DNA of 64,000 nucleotides, from contig CAMKAT010000003.1 in the NCBI GenBank assembly GCA_946410555.1, positions 5,007-69,006 on the forward strand, in the 5' to 3' direction. Within the stretch, counting starts at the first letter, position 1. Each line of letters opens with the position of its first letter. Both the position numbers and the translations under genes were made by a program. The stretch comes from an uncultured Bacillales bacterium. Lineage in GTDB: Bacteria > Bacillota_I > Bacilli_A > RF39 > UBA660. Positions 58,957 through 64,000 of this stretch are shown here, in pieces. The notes below the pieces were generated by a model. It was not told where the DNA came from and ran no database searches. It saw only the letters and a list, made by a program, of their open reading frames with translations.

Positions 58957-58967
58957 CTTTGTTGACA
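58951..58967. promoter_or_regulatory. Inverted repeat over the -35 box
   Basis: TGTCAAC TTT GTTGACA perfect 7-bp inverted repeat. Confidence 0.6.
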
Positions 58968-58995
58968 ACTTTTCATTTGTGTTTACACACAAAAC

Positions 58996-59023
58996 AAAAA
59001 AGTTGCTAAATTAGCAACTTTTA
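58996..59023 (-). terminator. Intrinsic terminator of polC
   Basis: minus strand: AAAAGTTGCTAATTTAGCAACTTTTTTG. Confidence 0.85.
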
Positions 59024-62000
59024 AAATAACGATAATTGATTTGATTCACTTAAGTTTTGGAATACTCCTAAATCCTTAAGTTTTTCCATTGCACTTGTTG
59101 GACATTTACCTCTATTATGTAAATCTTCTTGAGATATAAATGGCATCTTTTTACGTTCTTCAATAATCTTCATTGCAACGTTTTCACCTAATCCATCAAT
59201 TGCACAGAAAGGAATAATAAGACCTTTACCATCTTCAGTTATAACGAAATCTTTTGCTTCACTCTTTTCAATATCAATATTCTTGAAATAGAATCCTCTA
59301 GCACACATCTCTAAACATAAAAGAAGTGTATCTTTTTTGTCTTTATCTACATCTGATAAGTTTGGAGTTAAATCCATTTCATCTATTTTATCTCTGATTC
59401 CTTTTTCACCTTGGATCATTGATGCTACATCAAATTTATCTCTTCTTATTGAAAGGTATGCACAATAATACCAAATTGGATGATGTACTTTAAACCATGC
59501 AATTCTAAATGCACTTGTTACATATGCTGTGGCATGCGCTTTAGGAAACATGTATTTAATCTTTCTACATGAATCAATATACCATTCAGGAATATTATGT
59601 TCTCTCATGTATTCAGCATGTTCTTTCCATGTTGCTGGATCTTTACTTGCTTTACCTTTACGTACAAATTCCATTATCTTGAAGGCTTTACCTGCAGGCA
59701 ATCCCCAAGCTATTAAGTTAACCATGATATCATCACGACAACCAATTACATTTTTAAATGGTACTTGAATTACTCCTTCTTCATTTGGAGTACATAAATC
59801 TTTAGCATTTCCAAGCCATACATCAGTACCATGAGATAGACCTGAGATTTTTATAAGTTCACCAAATGTTGTTGGTTTAGTATCTTCAAGCATTCCTAAT
59901 GTAAATGGTGTACCAAACTCTGGGATACCTAGAGTTCCAGTTGGACAATATTTAACTCCATCTTTAATAAGACCCCTTAGTTTAGTTGGTTCTAAATCAA
60001 TTGGATTTCCATCTGCTGTATATTTTCCAAGTATCTTAGGGCTTGTGAAAATAGACATTGTATCTAAGTCTCCTAAGTCGATATCATTTACATCTATTCC
60101 AGATAACTCACCTAGTTTTCTTAATACTGTTGGGTCATCGTGACCTAGTATATCAAGTTTAAGAAGGTCTGCTTCAATCTTATGATAATCGAAGTGTGTT
60201 GTTCTCCATTCAGCAGTAGGATCATCTGCTGGATATTGGAATGGTGTGAAATCCCAAACATCTTTATAACCCGGAACTACTACGATACCACCTGGGTGTT
60301 GCCCTGTAGTTCTTTTAACTCCAGTACATCCAATTGCTTGTCTTTCAACTTCAACATCTCTAATATCACATTTAATTAATTTTTTCTTCTTTAAGTCATC
60401 TTTAGAAGCAACTTTTATACCATACATCTTAGCTTCTTGAACTAAATCATTATATTCTTGATCTTCATAGAATCCTTGAACATAACCAAATGCTGTTTTA
60501 TCTGCAACTGTACCAATAGTACCTGCTCTATAAACATTATCAGTACCAAATAATACTTTAGTATAAGCATGTGCTGATGCTTGGTTTAATCCTGAAAAGT
60601 TAAGGTCGATATCTGGTACCTTTTCTCCAGCAAATCCTAGGAATGTTGCAAATGGCATGTCATTTCCTTGGTGAATCATAAGTGTTCCACATTCAGGACA
60701 ATTTTTGTTTGGTAAGTCATATCCACTTGCATATTTTTCAGCATAAGCATGTCCTTCTGAATCAACAAATTCATTATGACAACACTTAGGGCAATAATAA
60801 TGTGCAGGTAATCCATTACATTCAGTAATACCCATCATTGATGCTACAAACGATGAACCTACGGAACCACGGGAACCTACTAAGAATCCATCATCATTTG
60901 AGTGTTTAACTAGCTTTTGAGCAATAAGATAAATAACGTCGAAACCTCCACCAATAATTCCTGTAAGTTTTAGTTTGGCTTTTTCTATTGCTTCTTCTTC
61001 ACTTAATTCTGGTTCTTCTTTTTTGATTTCTTCAGTTTTAAGTTTAACTACTCCATCATATCCTGACATAATTACATCATGAAGATAACTTGAGAACATA
61101 TTATCTCTTTCTTCTTCAGACATATTTGGATATTCTTCTTCCATATGAGCTTTAACTAAATCAGTTATTTTATCTCCATAGAATTCTTGAGCAATACGCT
61201 CTTCGATATTTCTTGGAAGTGGATCTCCATACATTGAATGAGCTTTATTAAATACTAAATCTCTACATATTTCTTGTGAATGTTCAATGATTGGAGAATA
61301 AGGTTTTTCTGGATAATCTATAACTTCAATTTCTTCAAGTTCAGAGATTATCTTATTAGGGTTTTCTATAACCATTTCATGTATTAACTTATCATCTTTT
61401 AAGAATGCAAATGCATCTAACATTTCTTTAGTAGTTCTAAAGAATTGATTTGGAATTGATCCATGTTGTGTAACACCAGTATTACTAAACTTAGCTAGTA
61501 ATTTAAATGTTCCAGTTGATGGATCTATAGTAATAATATTTGCTATTTGAAGTTTTCTTAGAGACTTCTCAATAGCGCTTTTCTTATCATCTTCATTTTT
61601 TATTTGTTCTAGTTCATCGCTAGATTTTAACTCTTTTGGAGTTGAATAAATACTTAGGATATTCATTGCACTAATTGGAATAGATTTAAATCCATTAAGT
61701 ACATAAATGTATTTTAAAATCTTTTTATCAAAATCTGATAAACTTACTCCATTTCTTTCAGCTTTCTTAATAGCTTCTTCAAGATTTGTTTTATTAACTG
61801 GAGTCTTTGGTTTAGACTTTAAGCATCTTGCTAATACATGTCTTCCTTTACCAGGTACATTTTGATTAACAATTATCTCTCTTGATAAAACGTCTTCTGG
61901 ATTTAAGTTATGTACATCACCAGATGCAATTAACATCTTACCTGTTTCTTTAGCACACTTAATAATCTTTTTAACAAGTTTTACTAAATGATCCATATTA

Positions 62001-64000
62001 TTAATATCATGTGAATCAATTAAATATTTATAATTATCAAGTGGTTGAACTTCTATATAATCATAGAATTCCATAGCGCGCTTTAACTCTTCTTCTCCAC
62101 GAGTAAGTGCAATATTAAATATTTCACCATTAAGACAAGCAGAACCTACAAAACAATTTTCTCTTAATTCATTAACTAGTCTTCTTGGAATTCTTGCATT
62201 TCTACTTAAAAAATTAGTATTAGCAAAACTAATAATCTTAAATAGATTTTTAAGACCAGCATGATTCTTAGCAATTATAGTTATATGTTTAACTGAATCA
62301 TAATCATTAGCTATGTTTTCAGTGAAAGTTTCCGCTGGAATATTTTCATACATTTGAAGGTTATCTTTATGACACCAATCAAACTTCCATGAATATCCTT
62401 CCACTCCATAATCCTCGAAAGGATTTTCTGGATTAGTATCACTATCCATCTTTATCTTAATATAGTTTTTATATGAAACCATATCTTGAATATTCTTCAT
62501 ATATCTTGGATTATTTTTAATAGATATACTTTCTAATAAACCTAAATCATTAAGTTCATTAAGTGTTTTAATGCCATCGATTTGTTTAAGCATACTATTA
62601 AAGATTAATGCAGTATTTTCAGAGTCGACATCTGCACCATGGTGTTGACCAACATAAATAGAATAATCTATTTTGTATTCTTGTAATCCGTTTGTAATAA
62701 CAATTGGAATGTTGTTTTCAGCTGGATTAAGTTTAATCTTTCCAGTTTGAGATACAACGCTAAAGTCATCATTATTAAGGGTTACTTCAAAAGTAATATA
62801 TTCAGTTTTAGAACCAATATATTTCTTGATTAAACTGTATTCTTTTTTATAACCTTTAACTACAGTTTCAGTTGAAACATCTCTGATATCTTTTTCAGTT
62901 GTAGTTATATTTAAAATAGATTCACCATCTAGTTTTACATCTTGGATAATAGCTCCAGCTTCTTCTGGAACATCAAAAGTAGCGTTATCTCCATTATCTT
63001 CATCGTCATCAGCGTCTCCCTCGCCTGTATCAACTCCATAGTTTTTACCTAAGGCAGCAAGTGAATGACGTTTTAAATCTCTATTAATAACTCTAGATAA
63101 ATTTAAAGTATCTATGATTGGATTCTTTAGGGGACCTAAATCATATTTTAGATAAGCCATATCAAGCATATTTTTATCGAATTTAGCATTATGAGCAACT
63201 AATGGAAGATCTTCAATCCATTCTTTAAATCTCTTAGTTACGTTTTCCTCATTATCTGCATCTTTAACATCATCATCACTAATGTTTGTAACTCTAGTGA
63301 TTGCTTCATCAATGTGATGCCCAGGATTAATAAGTTCATCAAAACGATCAACAACTTCACCATGTTTAATCTTAACTCCACCGATTTCAATCATAGAGTC
63401 ACCTAAACCTGGGTTGAAACCTGTTGTTTCAGTATCGAATACTACGAATGTTTGATCTTTAAGAGGTCTTTCATCTGCATTGAAACAAACATTAAGGTAA
63501 GAATCAAACATATCAAGTTCTACACCATAAGCTGCTTTAAATGGTACGTAATTCTTCTTTTCATTACGTAATTCCTCGTTCATTTCTTCAAGTGCTTTTA
63601 TTCCTTCGACATTACCTGACTCTCTTAATTCTTCGATAGTTTTTTCATTTTCTTTTATCTTTTCATCAAATTCTTTTTTCTTTGATTTGTTGTATTTAGT
63701 TACTTTATCAAATACATGTGGGAATGCTTGACAACAATCGTGGTCAGTAATTGCAATACCTTTATGTCCAAATTTAATAGCAGTATCAACTAACTTTTCT
63801 TCATCAATAACTCCATCCATTTGAGACATCATAGTATGTGCATGCATCTCAACACGTTTTTCAGGATAATCATCTTTTCTTGAAACAATCGGAGAATCAA
63901 TACCTTCATAAGTTCTCATATTGAATACTAAGTCATGAGCATATTGATCATCTCTTACTTGTCCTGTGAAATGATACCAATTACCCTTCTTAAGTTCTTT
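59021..64000 (-). CDS. polC: DNA polymerase III PolC-type (Gram-positive replicative polymerase); N-terminus beyond window edge
   Basis: PHP EMHAHTMMSQMDG; exonuclease FVVFDTETTGFNPGLGDSMIEIGGVK; VGSRGSVGSSFVASM; CTGVKRTTGQHPGGIVVVP; KIKYMFPKAHATAYV; C-term NQLSLF. Frame stays open from 63919 to 64000 (KELKKGNWYHFTGQVRDDQYAHDLVFNM...), so the track start at 63919 is internal. Confidence 0.98.
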   Translation of the reverse strand, partial: KELKKGNWYHFTGQVRDDQYAHDLVFNMRTYEGIDSPIVSRKDDYPEKRVEMHAHTMMSQMDGVIDEEKLVDTAIKFGHKGIAITDHDCCQAFPHVFDKVTKYNKSKKKEFDEKIKENEKTIEELRESGNVEGIKALEEMNEELRNEKKNYVPFKAAYGVELDMFDSYLNVCFNADERPLKDQTFVVFDTETTGFNPGLGDSMIEIGGVKIKHGEVVDRFDELINPGHHIDEAITRVTNISDDDVKDADNEENVTKRFKEWIEDLPLVAHNAKFDKNMLDMAYLKYDLGPLKNPIIDTLNLSRVINRDLKRHSLAALGKNYGVDTGEGDADDDEDNGDNATFDVPEEAGAIIQDVKLDGESILNITTTEKDIRDVSTETVVKGYKKEYSLIKKYIGSKTEYITFEVTLNNDDFSVVSQTGKIKLNPAENNIPIVITNGLQEYKIDYSIYVGQHHGADVDSENTALIFNSMLKQIDGIKTLNELNDLGLLESISIKNNPRYMKNIQDMVSYKNYIKIKMDSDTNPENPFEDYGVEGYSWKFDWCHKDNLQMYENIPAETFTENIANDYDSVKHITIIAKNHAGLKNLFKIISFANTNFLSRNARIPRRLVNELRENCFVGSACLNGEIFNIALTRGEEELKRAMEFYDYIEVQPLDNYKYLIDSHDINNMDHLVKLVKKIIKCAKETGKMLIASGDVHNLNPEDVLSREIIVNQNVPGKGRHVLARCLKSKPKTPVNKTNLEEAIKKAERNGVSLSDFDKKILKYIYVLNGFKSIPISAMNILSIYSTPKELKSSDELEQIKNEDDKKSAIEKSLRKLQIANIITIDPSTGTFKLLAKFSNTGVTQHGSIPNQFFRTTKEMLDAFAFLKDDKLIHEMVIENPNKIISELEEIEVIDYPEKPYSPIIEHSQEICRDLVFNKAHSMYGDPLPRNIEERIAQEFYGDKITDLVKAHMEEEYPNMSEEERDNMFSSYLHDVIMSGYDGVVKLKTEEIKKEEPELSEEEAIEKAKLKLTGIIGGGFDVIYLIAQKLVKHSNDDGFLVGSRGSVGSSFVASMMGITECNGLPAHYYCPKCCHNEFVDSEGHAYAEKYASGYDLPNKNCPECGTLMIHQGNDMPFATFLGFAGEKVPDIDLNFSGLNQASAHAYTKVLFGTDNVYRAGTIGTVADKTAFGYVQGFYEDQEYNDLVQEAKMYGIKVASKDDLKKKKLIKCDIRDVEVERQAIGCTGVKRTTGQHPGGIVVVPGYKDVWDFTPFQYPADDPTAEWRTTHFDYHKIEADLLKLDILGHDDPTVLRKLGELSGIDVNDIDLGDLDTMSIFTSPKILGKYTADGNPIDLEPTKLRGLIKDGVKYCPTGTLGIPEFGTPFTLGMLEDTKPTTFGELIKISGLSHGTDVWLGNAKDLCTPNEEGVIQVPFKNVIGCRDDIMVNLIAWGLPAGKAFKIMEFVRKGKASKDPATWKEHAEYMREHNIPEWYIDSCRKIKYMFPKAHATAYVTSAFRIAWFKVHHPIWYYCAYLSIRRDKFDVASMIQGEKGIRDKIDEMDLTPNLSDVDKDKKDTLLLCLEMCARGFYFKNIDIEKSEAKDFVITEDGKGLIIPFCAIDGLGENVAMKIIEERKKMPFISQEDLHNRGKCPTSAMEKLKDLGVFQNLSESNQLSLF

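Noticed and set aside
63919-63919. polC start at 63919
   Set aside because: Frame stays open to the window edge with PolC-like sequence; the true start is outside the window.

Overview
AT-rich, almost entirely minus-strand-coding window from a low-GC Bacillota/Mycoplasmatota-like bacterium. Lineage is inferred from gene content (Gram-positive PolC; ruvA-ruvB-queA-tgt synteny; rplS; lepB); no rRNA or tRNA was seen. The right-hand third is housekeeping: a PolC truncated by the window edge, ruvAB, queA, tgt, rplS, signal peptidase I. The left and centre form an accessory surface/carbohydrate locus: two GH5-like glycosidases with NPKTG sorting-signal-like tails, a pseudopilin, a three-gene Tim44/zinc-ribbon family, a glycosyltransferase, a two-component system, and three giant (~1300 aa) secreted paralogues with beta-helix + BspA-type LRR + SGNH-hydrolase-like + C-terminal dockerin-like modules. 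A membrane-anchored protein made of a beta-sandwich, a Thr/Pro linker, a cadherin-like domain and a TM segment sits between the giants. It is a candidate cohesin-type receptor, so the locus may encode a minimal membrane-anchored cellulosome-like system (hypothesis). Other points of interest: a G8/C8 homopolymer exactly between the -35 and -10 boxes of a small cysteine-rich membrane-protein operon (candidate phase-variable promoter), several large insertions in PolC, no TGA terminators in ~49 CDSs, an in-frame amber in an otherwise open gene, a truncated S51 peptidase missed by the ORF track, and several small membrane ORFs also absent from the track. All family calls come from reading motifs by eye; no database search was run.
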